A stretch of DNA of 64,000 nucleotides from an uncultured archaeon (GTDB lineage Archaea; Asgardarchaeota; Lokiarchaeia; Sigyniarchaeales; SOKP01): contig CAZALK010000002.1 of the NCBI GenBank assembly GCA_964486045.1, positions 96,001 through 160,000 on the forward strand, written 5' to 3'. Numbering within the stretch: the first letter of the stretch is position 1; every line of letters begins with the position of its first letter. Positions 32,970-41,640 of the stretch are shown here, piece by piece. A model generated the notes under the pieces. That model ran no database searches, was not told the origin of the DNA, and saw only the letters and a program-made list of their open reading frames with translations. A program made the translations under genes and the position numbers.

Positions 32970-34628
32970 TCATAGCACCTCCTTAATTTTTATTGATAAA
33001 TCAATTGGATCAAACGGTCGACCATCATATCTTTTAATCGTACTTTTTATGTTTAATCCTGCTTTTTCATGTAGAAGAGCTGTAAATTGTCCTGTAGAAC
33101 TTTGTTCAACTACAATATTATCTTGATTCTTAAATTCCTCTAATTCCCATACAGGTAATGGGTTTAAATATATTGGCTGAATAATTGTGGAATTTATCTT
33201 CCCATAATTAAGAGCTTCTATTACGCTCATGTGTGTAGACCCGTAAGCAAAGATGTTAGTAGGATTCTCTCCTCGAATAATATTTACAGTTTTTTTCTTT
33301 TTTAAATATTCTATAAGAGCACTTACTTTCTTATTTCTTTTATCATGCATAAATGATATCGTTTCTGCATTTTCTGTAGTAATCCCAAATTGGTCATGTT
33401 CATAGCTATTCCATTTAATTGTTTCTTTTGATGGTGGAAAAAGCATTGGAGATATTCCATCATCCATGTCAAGGTATCGCTTATAATCGCTCCCACTGTA
33501 CATTTTTGGCTCTGCCCATTTTGCTCTATCTATGTCAATATTAACTGTCATGCTGCTCTCTGAAAGATGTTTATCAGTAAGCAATATTCCAGGTGTTTGA
33601 AATTTCCACACAAGATCTAGCATCTCGGATGCTAAATAATATGCTTCATCAACTGTTGCAGGAGACGCCACAATCCTTAAAAAATCACCATGACCCGCAG
33701 AAAGTGCAAAAGATAAATCTGCTTGTTCAGTATATGTAGGAACACCTGTTGCTGGACCAGGTCTTTGAGACAGTATAACGAGAATCGGTGTTTCGGTAAT
33801 TCCTGCTAATGAAAAACCTTCAGTCATTAGAGCAAAGCCTCCTCCACTAGTACCAACCATTGATTTAGCACCGGTGAAAGCTGAGCCAATTGCCATATTA
33901 ATTACTGCAATTTCACTTTCAGCATGGACTACGGCTAGACCAAAATTTTCTGCTTGCTTTGCTAAAAAATGTAAGATTGTCGATGCAGGTGTCATTGGAT
34001 AGGCATAATATACATCTAAGCCACCAGCAATAGCGCCTAGACAGATTGATTGGTTTCCGGAAATAATTTTTCGTTCTTTATATCCTTTCTCTAAGGGAAA
34101 TTTATTTTTACATCCAGATTTTACCATTTCATATATATTGTTTGCGAAAGAAATGTTATCCTCAATCCCTCTTGGATATTGAGTTCTAATAACTTGGTTC
34201 ATTTCGTCTTTTTTAAATCCTATTGTCGAAGATAAAATTGCCACAGCACCAACCCCATACATTAAACTTTTCATTGGGTATTTTTCTGCTTCTGATGTGA
34301 GTGGAATCCCAATACCCTCAACGTTTTCTTGTTCATCCGAATTAAAAACGATTATACTATTTTCAGCTACATCATTCATATGAGTCTCACAGCTTCTTTT
34401 ATCAAAATTAACAACTAAGTCAGCATTCATATAATGACTACTAATCCATCGAGGTGAAGTACTTACCACTGAAAAGTTATGACCGCCTCTTATTAAGCTC
34501 ATATAATCGTCCATCTGAAATATGTGTCTTCCCATACTTGAGAAAATATGTGCTGCAACAGAACCTGCTTTTTTTACACCCTCGCCGGCTTTACCACCAA
34601 CCAGAAAGGTAAAGACATCATTCCCCAT
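32970..34628 (-). CDS. korA: 2-oxoacid:ferredoxin oxidoreductase alpha subunit (gamma-alpha fusion)
   Basis: GGKAGEG, IRGGHN, YPMTPAS, ESEIA, TSGGGFALM and QRPGPATG motifs. Confidence 0.9.
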   Translation of the reverse strand: MGNDVFTFLVGGKAGEGVKKAGSVAAHIFSSMGRHIFQMDDYMSLIRGGHNFSVVSTSPRWISSHYMNADLVVNFDKRSCETHMNDVAENSIIVFNSDEQENVEGIGIPLTSEAEKYPMKSLMYGVGAVAILSSTIGFKKDEMNQVIRTQYPRGIEDNISFANNIYEMVKSGCKNKFPLEKGYKERKIISGNQSICLGAIAGGLDVYYAYPMTPASTILHFLAKQAENFGLAVVHAESEIAVINMAIGSAFTGAKSMVGTSGGGFALMTEGFSLAGITETPILVILSQRPGPATGVPTYTEQADLSFALSAGHGDFLRIVASPATVDEAYYLASEMLDLVWKFQTPGILLTDKHLSESSMTVNIDIDRAKWAEPKMYSGSDYKRYLDMDDGISPMLFPPSKETIKWNSYEHDQFGITTENAETISFMHDKRNKKVSALIEYLKKKKTVNIIRGENPTNIFAYGSTHMSVIEALNYGKINSTIIQPIYLNPLPVWELEEFKNQDNIVVEQSSTGQFTALLHEKAGLNIKSTIKRYDGRPFDPIDLSIKIKEVL

Positions 34629-34781
34629 TTATTAACTCCTCATATTTGTATTGTTTTATATATTTCCAGTAAAAGTGTGTTGATTAGTATTTAAAAATAT
34701 GCCTTATAAGTTCTAAAGACATTTAAATATGAATGAAAAGGTAGAAGTAAAATAAAATTGATAATTTTCGTTAAAAATGCC

Positions 34782-35936
34782 TTAAAAGAAAACAAATCCA
34801 CATGAGGGGCATTTTTTTTTGCCAACTTTCATTATCTTACTACAATTAGGACAAATGGATACAGTTACCTTTCTCTTCTTCTTTTTTATTGGTTCCTCAA
34901 CTTTAGGTTGCTCCTTTTTCGCTTGAAGCATAGCTCTTACATCTGCCGCGAAAAGATCTTCTGTCTGTACAACCTGAGGTTTAGTTTTTGCTTCTAATTC
35001 GTGTAAATATTCTACAATATTCTTCTTTTTCATTTTATTGAGTTCAGAAATAGTTTGAATCTTTCCACTATGAACATCATCGATAAATTGCTCATCTAAT
35101 TTTAATATATTAAAGCAATTGTGACATCTAAAAACATGATTAATACCAATGCTAGAAGATTTGGCCCATTGAGCCCAACATACTTTATGTGCTATAGTGT
35201 CACACGCAGGACATGTCACAATACCTTGATCATCTTTTTGAAAACAAATCGAACATGTTGCTGTTTCTTCTATTAGATTTGGTTCATCAGCTAAATTGAT
35301 AAAGAAAGGTTGGTTATTTGGGAGAATCATTCTTATTTTCTGTTTAACAAAGGTGGGTTCTGAAATTCGTTTTTTTTCAGATAACCCTGTTAAGATTGGA
35401 TTTAACTCCTTTATGGATTTTACTCCAAACAATTCTCCATTACATAAGTTAGTTAATTTTAAAAGTTTCTGAGCTTGGTCAGAATATGGAGAACCGATAA
35501 GGATAGTATCGATAAAAAAGGGTATATCCTTAACTTTCTTGATGAGCTCTTCTAGAGCAGGAAGGATCTCATCTGGTATCTCATAGGCCCCATCATCAAC
35601 CAATATTAAAAGGCGGAAGTATTTTTCCGATATTTTTTTGAAAACCTCAATTATAAATGTTATTGCAATGAAAATTCCACCAGCAATATTAGCTTTACTG
35701 ATGTCTTTATTCAAAGATTTTAATGTACTTAAAATATTATCAGGGTCAAAGGTGAAATGATCTAAATAATTTGGACCATCTTTTAAAAAAAATATGAGGT
35801 TAAATCTGTCAGAAGGATCAGTTAACTGTTTATTTTTCATAAAATCAGCAATAACATTCGAGACTTGACGAAATTTTGTAATTTCGGGAGTAAAAGCATA
35901 AAAAATTAGACAATCTTCACTTCTTGTTGATATCAT
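34782..35936 (-). CDS. vWA-like domain + RING/PHD-like zinc finger + zinc ribbon protein
   Basis: DRFNLIFF and LLILVDDG vWA strands; CxxC..CxxC..HxxC..CxxC; terminal CPNC..CPSC. Confidence 0.7.
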   Translation of the reverse strand: MISTRSEDCLIFYAFTPEITKFRQVSNVIADFMKNKQLTDPSDRFNLIFFLKDGPNYLDHFTFDPDNILSTLKSLNKDISKANIAGGIFIAITFIIEVFKKISEKYFRLLILVDDGAYEIPDEILPALEELIKKVKDIPFFIDTILIGSPYSDQAQKLLKLTNLCNGELFGVKSIKELNPILTGLSEKKRISEPTFVKQKIRMILPNNQPFFINLADEPNLIEETATCSICFQKDDQGIVTCPACDTIAHKVCWAQWAKSSSIGINHVFRCHNCFNILKLDEQFIDDVHSGKIQTISELNKMKKKNIVEYLHELEAKTKPQVVQTEDLFAADVRAMLQAKKEQPKVEEPIKKKKRKVTVSICPNCSKIMKVGKKKCPSCGFVFF

Positions 35937-36227
35937 GTTTTAGCTGATAATAAAAATGATCTCAAATATCAATTTATTTAATATACAATTCGAGTCGAAA
36001 TTAATAAGTTTAAGGAAAATCTAATTTTTGATTTTATTTTATTCTATTTGAACCCAAGAACTTTTTAAATTAATTTAACAAATTTTTTATAAAAATATAC
36101 TTTCCCAGAATTAAGTTACTTTTAAAATTCAATAAATAGAAGGATTTCAATTAATAATTAAGAGCTAAAAGTAGTTTACGTTTTTGTAATACTTCCAAAA
36201 TATCTCTAATTAAAAATGAGGGAAATT

Positions 36228-36485
36228 ATGCAAGTTTATGGGCTTAAAATCAACCGTAACATTTGTACTGGTTGCAATGTATGTGTAGTTTCTTGTCCGA
36301 TCAACTTTAACCAATTGAAGACTAAAAGCTTCTTAACTAAAGAAAATGCGGTAATTTTAGTTAAAAATGGGATGGCGTTTAGTGTTTTCGATGAAAATAG
36401 GCAAATCAATTGCGATGGTTGTGGAGTTTGTATAAAAAATTGCCCTCAATCTGCAATACAACTAGAAATATTAGAAATAGAATGA
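36228..36485 (+). CDS. fwdG: 2x[4Fe-4S] ferredoxin, FwdG-like
   Basis: CTGCNVCVVSCP and CDGCGVCIKNCP; first gene of the fwd cluster. Confidence 0.7.
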   Translation: MQVYGLKINRNICTGCNVCVVSCPINFNQLKTKSFLTKENAVILVKNGMAFSVFDENRQINCDGCGVCIKNCPQSAIQLEILEIE

Positions 36486-36495
36486 GGTGTGATAA

Positions 36496-37224
36496 ATTTC
36501 ATTTCCCAAAATTTCAAGATCAATTAATAAAGAAATAGAACATGTTAAAGTTCAATTTCTCACTGAAAAGTTAGAATTAATTTTAGATAGAGTTAAATGT
36601 GTAGGATGTGGGACTTGTGCTCGAGCCTGTCCCGAGGATGCTATTTCTCGGGGACCAGTAGGAACATCCCGGCGATTTCCAAGTTTAGAAGACATTATTC
36701 CGGAAGTTTATGACCCAAAAGCTTGCGTCTTCTGCGGGACATGTGTTTTTTGCTGCCCTTTTAGCGCTTTAACCCTCAAAATAGATGGTCCGGTAATTGA
36801 ATTAGAAAAAATTCAAATTGTAAAGGAAAGAGTTGTTCCTAAATTAGAGTTTGAAGCTAAAAAGATTATTAGCCATACAGGAATTGAGAGAGTTGTTAAA
36901 CAATATACAGATGGTAATATAAGTATTAATGATGAAGAATGCCCCGGAGGATGTCAGACTTGTTTCGAGGTATGCCCATCTGGTGCAATATCAATACCCA
37001 AAAAGTCTGACAAAGGATGGGAAAAAGTTCCGAATGTAGAAGTAGATAAAGAAAAATGTGTTTTTTGCGGTGCTTGTGATAATGGCTGTCCTACGGGAGC
37101 AATAAAATTAGAAATTACTGATGTCAATACTTCAGGAGAATCAATTGAGATGTTTTGGGTACCTCTTTTAAAAAGATTAAAAACATTAAGATGGAGTGAA
37201 ACATCAGAAGAGGAAAAAAAATGA
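36496..37224 (+). CDS. fwdF: FwdF-like polyferredoxin (4 clusters), missed by the ORF track; ATT start
   Basis: 242-codon open frame with CVGCGTCARACP, CVFCGTCVFCCP, CPGGCQTCFEVCP and CVFCGACDNGCP. It is preceded by GAGGTG-TGA-TAA-ATT, and its stop overlaps the fwdD ATG. Confidence 0.85.
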   Translation: MSFPKISRSINKEIEHVKVQFLTEKLELILDRVKCVGCGTCARACPEDAISRGPVGTSRRFPSLEDIIPEVYDPKACVFCGTCVFCCPFSALTLKIDGPVIELEKIQIVKERVVPKLEFEAKKIISHTGIERVVKQYTDGNISINDEECPGGCQTCFEVCPSGAISIPKKSDKGWEKVPNVEVDKEKCVFCGACDNGCPTGAIKLEITDVNTSGESIEMFWVPLLKRLKTLRWSETSEEEKK

Positions 37225-37616
37225 GCATCGATAATTTGGTTTTAATTACATGTCGTACTATTGATCAAGGCGTGGCACTTGAAGGAGGAAAGGTATCAAG
37301 AGAAAATGTTCGTGCTGCTGGGATCTGTGCTTTTGATAAAGAGGATTTCAAGAAATTGGATTGCCTCGTAGGGACTCCCGTAAAAGTTACAACCGATTTT
37401 GGGGAAGTTTTGGTTTATTCTACAATCTCAGATGAAGGACCTCATCCTGGTATTATTTTCATACCTATGGGACCTTGGGCTAATCAAGTTGTAAATCCTG
37501 ATTCACAATCTTGTGGAACTCCTACCTACAAAGGGATGAAGGCATCTGTAGAACCAATTCCAAATGGTAAAGTTCTAGGAGCGGTAGCTTTAATTAATAC
37601 ACTAAAAGAGGTGTAA
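37221..37616 (+). CDS. fwdD: Formylmethanofuran dehydrogenase subunit D
   Basis: LITCRTIDQG, FIPMGPWAN and GTPTYKG motifs. Confidence 0.9.
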   Translation: MSIDNLVLITCRTIDQGVALEGGKVSRENVRAAGICAFDKEDFKKLDCLVGTPVKVTTDFGEVLVYSTISDEGPHPGIIFIPMGPWANQVVNPDSQSCGTPTYKGMKASVEPIPNGKVLGAVALINTLKEV

Positions 37617-37618
37617 TT

Positions 37619-37672
37619 ATGGTAGAAAAAATCAAAACTACTTTAGATGTAGTTTGTCCCAAGTATAAATAA
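37619..37672 (+). pseudogene. Orphan 5' end of fwdB (MVEKIKTTLDVVCPKYK*)
   Basis: Matches the first 14 codons of fwdB at 39172; lies directly after fwdD with a GAGGTG SD. Confidence 0.85.
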
Positions 37673-37673
37673 G

Positions 37674-38984
37674 TTGAAAGATTTTAAGGTTAATGATTAT
37701 ATCACGCTGAGTTTAGAGGAAGGAAAAACCGTTATATACATCGCTGGAGAAAAATTTCAGCAATGTAAATTTTTGTTAATAACCATTCCTATCGAAAATG
37801 TTACCAATTTTGCTGATATTGAATCGGTGGATGAAGCGGCTGAAAGATTAGATTATTCCTTAGAATATAACCAAACTTATTATGAAATTCCTCCAGAAAC
37901 AGAATTTTGGGGACATTGTAGTAATTTGCAAGTGTGGGTAGAGAATGACTATGACACTCGGATCCTAAAAAGCGACTTGGCATTTCCCATTTTAAAAAGG
38001 TTAGTAGATGCTGGTAATCTAAAAGCTGAAAGAGTCTTCAAAGATGAAATAGCCAAGAGATTATCCAGTGGTTATCAAAACGTAATTGAATTTCTTTTCG
38101 AGGAAGAATATATCAAATATCTAGGTAATAAGGAGTTATGGAAAGTTATCATTCCTTCCCTGGAGAAATTAAGAAAAAAAAACTATCAAGTTCGTTGGTG
38201 GGTTTATAATACCGAATTACCCTTGTTGTTGTTGAGAAGACTTGTTGATATTGGTGATCCTCAAGCGTATCACTTATTAAAAGAAGTAATTATTGAAATT
38301 CTTCAAACAGGCAATGGTATGAATATCGGAATGTTATACGATGGTGAATATATAAATCTATTATCGAGAGAGGAATTCTGGAGGGTGTTCGGTAAAGATG
38401 GAGCAATTTTAAAAGAATTCGAAATTCAAATAAGACAATATAAAATAATAACAATTAAAAATTCAAATGGGATTGCTCTCATGAAAAAAAGGAAAAAAAC
38501 AAATGAGGAATCCTCTTATTTCAATTTAAGTAATGGGATATACATTAATCAGAGTCATATGGTTTTTACATACGAAAATGGTCATATTACAGGAATCGGA
38601 GTTTGGAGCGATGATAAAGATATATTTGAGGTTTCTCTATTGCCGAGTGAAGTGGTCCACTTAACACATCTAAAAGAATTAACTTTAAGTAATGTTAACC
38701 TTAAAAGAGTACCTTTAGATATAGATAACCTAAAATCCTTAAAATCTCTTTCTTTATCACATAACCTAATTTCTGCAGTACCAAAAAAAATTTGCAGATT
38801 AGAACTACTAAAATATTTAGGAATAGGTTGGAATAAAATAACTTCATTGCCAAAATGCCTTAAAAATTTATCTCTTTTACAAGAAATCCATATATTCCAT
38901 AATCCCTTAAATAAAAGAACGAGAGATTTTTTGAAAGGATTAGAAAGAGATAAAGAAGTAATATTACACTTAGACTCTCCCTAA
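37674..38984 (+). CDS. Leucine-rich-repeat protein (same family as 2390-3550), inserted into the fwd operon
   Basis: FQQCKFLL..EFWGHCSNLQVW N-terminal domain; C-terminal LRRs. Confidence 0.9.
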   Translation: MKDFKVNDYITLSLEEGKTVIYIAGEKFQQCKFLLITIPIENVTNFADIESVDEAAERLDYSLEYNQTYYEIPPETEFWGHCSNLQVWVENDYDTRILKSDLAFPILKRLVDAGNLKAERVFKDEIAKRLSSGYQNVIEFLFEEEYIKYLGNKELWKVIIPSLEKLRKKNYQVRWWVYNTELPLLLLRRLVDIGDPQAYHLLKEVIIEILQTGNGMNIGMLYDGEYINLLSREEFWRVFGKDGAILKEFEIQIRQYKIITIKNSNGIALMKKRKKTNEESSYFNLSNGIYINQSHMVFTYENGHITGIGVWSDDKDIFEVSLLPSEVVHLTHLKELTLSNVNLKRVPLDIDNLKSLKSLSLSHNLISAVPKKICRLELLKYLGIGWNKITSLPKCLKNLSLLQEIHIFHNPLNKRTRDFLKGLERDKEVILHLDSP

Positions 38985-39137
38985 TCAATGCTTAATTATC
39001 TAAAAGTTTTGTTTAGATAGGAGATATTATTGTTTTAGTATTGTTGCATTGTTCTTTTCATAAGAATTTTTTATAGGTTATACCTTTCAACGTTAAAGTT
39101 ATAAAAAGCAAGCGTTAAATTTTTACATAGTAACTAA

Positions 39138-39145
39138 TTTAAATA
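39138..39145 (+). promoter_or_regulatory. Putative TATA box for a leaderless or short-leader fwdB transcript
   Basis: TTTAAATA about 27 nt upstream of ATG 39172; no SD before that ATG. The AT-rich context weakens the call. Confidence 0.35.
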
Positions 39146-39171
39146 TTTAAAAAAACTAATAATAAAGAATC

Positions 39172-40526
39172 ATGGTTGAGAAGATTAAAACTAGCACCGA
39201 CGTGGTTTGTCCATTTTGCGGAAATAAACCGTAAATCGCTGTTTTACCGTAGCTTTATGTGACGACCTAGAAGTAGATATAGATATAAAAGAACAAAAGG
39301 TAGTAGAAGTTAGAAATGGGTGTCAGATCGGGTCAAAAAAATACTTTGCTTCAAATCCAAGCGAACATAGATACGAAAGACCTTTAATTAAAGATCACGG
39401 GTCTTATAAAGAAGTTTCATGGGAAGTAGCATTAGATAAGGCTGCTGATATTTTAGTAAAGGCTAAAAGACCCCTACTTTATGGTTTTTCAAGTACAGAG
39501 TGTGAAGCTCAAGGTAAAGGGGTAGAATTGGCGGAGATTTTAGGCTCTATTCTGGATAATACTGCTTCTGTTTGTCATGGACCATCACTAATAGCAATTC
39601 AAGAGGTTGGTTCTCCAACCTCAACTTTAGGTGAATATAAAAATCGGGCGGATCTTGTTGTTTTTTGGGGTTCTAATCCTGTTCACGCCCATCCCCGACA
39701 TCTAGGAAGATATAGTGAGTTCGTAAGAGGATATTTCAGAAAAGATGGGAGAAATGATAGATTTATAATCGTAGTTGATCCTAGAAATACCCATACTGCC
39801 CAGATAGCAGATCTATATGTTCAAGTAAACCCTAGTGAAGATTATGAATTAATCAATGCGATGCGGGCAATACTTAGAGGTGTTGAATTAGATGCAAAAG
39901 AGATTTCTGGAGTGTCAATGGAAAACATAATAGAGTTAGTAAATAAATTGAAATCCTGCAATTTTGGAGTTATATTTTTCGGAATGGGATTAACTCAATC
40001 GCTTTCTCACCACCGAAATGTTGATACAGCGATTTGTTTAGTAAGAGAATTAAATGACTATACTAAATTTTCATTAACAGCTATGCGTGGACATTATAAT
40101 GTTGCTGGAGCGAACCAAGTTTTCACATGGCAAACGGGATATCCGTATTCTATAGACTTTTCTAAAGGATATCCACGGTTTAACCCAGGAGAATTTTCTT
40201 CTGTTGATATATTGCTAAGAAACGAAATCGATGCTTTACTAATAGTTGCTTCTGATCCTGCTAGTAATTTTCCCGCTGCTGCCGTCAAAAATATGTTTAA
40301 ACATCCTTTTATTTCTATTGAACCACATCATACTCCAACTTCCGTAAATGCTGATGTAGTATTACCACCTGCTATTGCAGGAATTGAGTGTGAAGGTACA
40401 GCGTATCGTATGGACAGTGTTCCTCTCAGATTAAGAAAAGTGAAAGATGCTCCTGGGGAATGCTTAACCGATAAAGATATATTAGAGCGATTAATAGAGG
40501 TTGTAAAAAAAAAAAAAGGTGACTAG
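39172..40526 (+). CDS. fwdB: Formylmethanofuran dehydrogenase subunit B, join(39172-39223,39253-40526), 441 aa after removal of the 29-nt insert
   Basis: The spliced product has CPFCGTLCDD...NGC, TASVCHG (Cys, not Sec), WGSNPVHAHPRH, MRGHYNV and GTAYRMD. Confidence 0.85.
39224..39252 (+). other. Candidate 29-nt BHB/BHL-type mRNA intron in fwdB
   Basis: GCGG(39218-21) pairs with CCGT(39247-50). The 3-nt bulges are AA^A and AG^C, and the intron stem is TAAA/TTTA. Excision restores the frame and the GTLC motif. Confidence 0.8.
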
Positions 40527-40529
40527 ATT

Positions 40530-41381
40530 ATTGGAGAAATCAAATTAAAGCTAAAATTAGAACCCAAATTTCCTTTAGAAGCTGAAAATATAACTATAGA
40601 TAAGTTTATGGGAAAATCAGAATCAGAGATTAAGAATTTAACTGTTTATCATGGAAATGAAGAAAAGACTATTGGAAATTTCTTTGATGTTTCAGGAAAA
40701 GGAGAAGATTTAAATGATCTAAAGATATCCATTGAAGGCAATCTCTTAAAAGTTAAACGAATTGGAGAAAAAATGACAAATGGCGAAATCCTAATAAATG
40801 GTAATGTGGGAATGCATGTAGGAAATCGCATGACTGGTGGCAAAATATTAGTAAACGGAAATGCAGATGATTGGGCAGGTGCAATGTTAAATGGTGGTGA
40901 ATTAGAGATCACTAGAAATGCTGGGCATTATGTTGGTGCTGCTTATAGAGGTTTTTGGAAAGGAATGCAAAATGGTATAATAAAAGTTCATGGTAAAATA
41001 GGAGATGAAGCTTTGACATGGGTAAATGGTTCAAAACCCGCAAAAAGGTTTCCCACTTTAAAGTGTGGCAGTGCTGGATCATTTCTAGGTATTCATGGTC
41101 ATGGAGGTACTATTATTGTTGAAGGGGATTGTAATCGATGTATTGGGGCTGATCAAGTACGAGGAACAATAGTAGTTAAAGGAAAAGTATCTAAAATTCT
41201 TCCTTCTTATAAAAAAATTGGTGAAGTAAACGAGATTGAGTTAATGAGTGGGGAAAAAATTAAAGGAAAATTCTTCGAATATAGCGGAGATCATTCAGTA
41301 GAAAAAAATCATTCAAAAATTGATAAAAAAACAGGAGAAATATCAAACAGTTCTAATGGAAGATTATTTATTGCCGTTTAA
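40530..41381 (+). CDS. fwdC: Formylmethanofuran dehydrogenase subunit C; probable ATT start
   Basis: GXGXG beta-helix repeats and GAAYRGFWKGM. The conserved N-terminus (GEIKLKLKLEPKFPLEAENI) lies upstream of the first ATG, after an AGGTGA SD. Confidence 0.9.
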   Translation: MGEIKLKLKLEPKFPLEAENITIDKFMGKSESEIKNLTVYHGNEEKTIGNFFDVSGKGEDLNDLKISIEGNLLKVKRIGEKMTNGEILINGNVGMHVGNRMTGGKILVNGNADDWAGAMLNGGELEITRNAGHYVGAAYRGFWKGMQNGIIKVHGKIGDEALTWVNGSKPAKRFPTLKCGSAGSFLGIHGHGGTIIVEGDCNRCIGADQVRGTIVVKGKVSKILPSYKKIGEVNEIELMSGEKIKGKFFEYSGDHSVEKNHSKIDKKTGEISNSSNGRLFIAV

Positions 41382-41640
41382 ACAAAAATACTTCAATTTT
41401 CTCTTTCCTTTATTAATACAAATAACTTATGTTTTAACTATTAAGAAGTGCCATTATTTTAAAGTTTTAGACATTTTTGTCTTGGATATTTATTCTTGAA
41501 AACAATTACTTTTAAGTTATTTACTACTCTTTCCTCATTGAGTTAAGATATTTTAAAAAAATTCACAACTAAGATTTAACAACTTTTTTAAAAAATTTAA
41601 TATTAAAGCATATTATTAACTATAAAATCGGAGAAAAAAG

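Noticed and set aside
39231-39252. GT...AG spliceosomal-like intron (GTAAATCGCTGTTTTACCGTAG) in fwdB
   Set aside because: Removing these 22 nt does not restore the frame (it gives CCC TTT ATG TGA). Only a 29-nt excision restores the motif.
39220-39256. Programmed frameshift or stop readthrough as the explanation for the fwdB break
   Set aside because: It would leave about 10 extra residues between the Fe-S ligands of CxxCxxxC, and no clear slippery site precedes the TAA.
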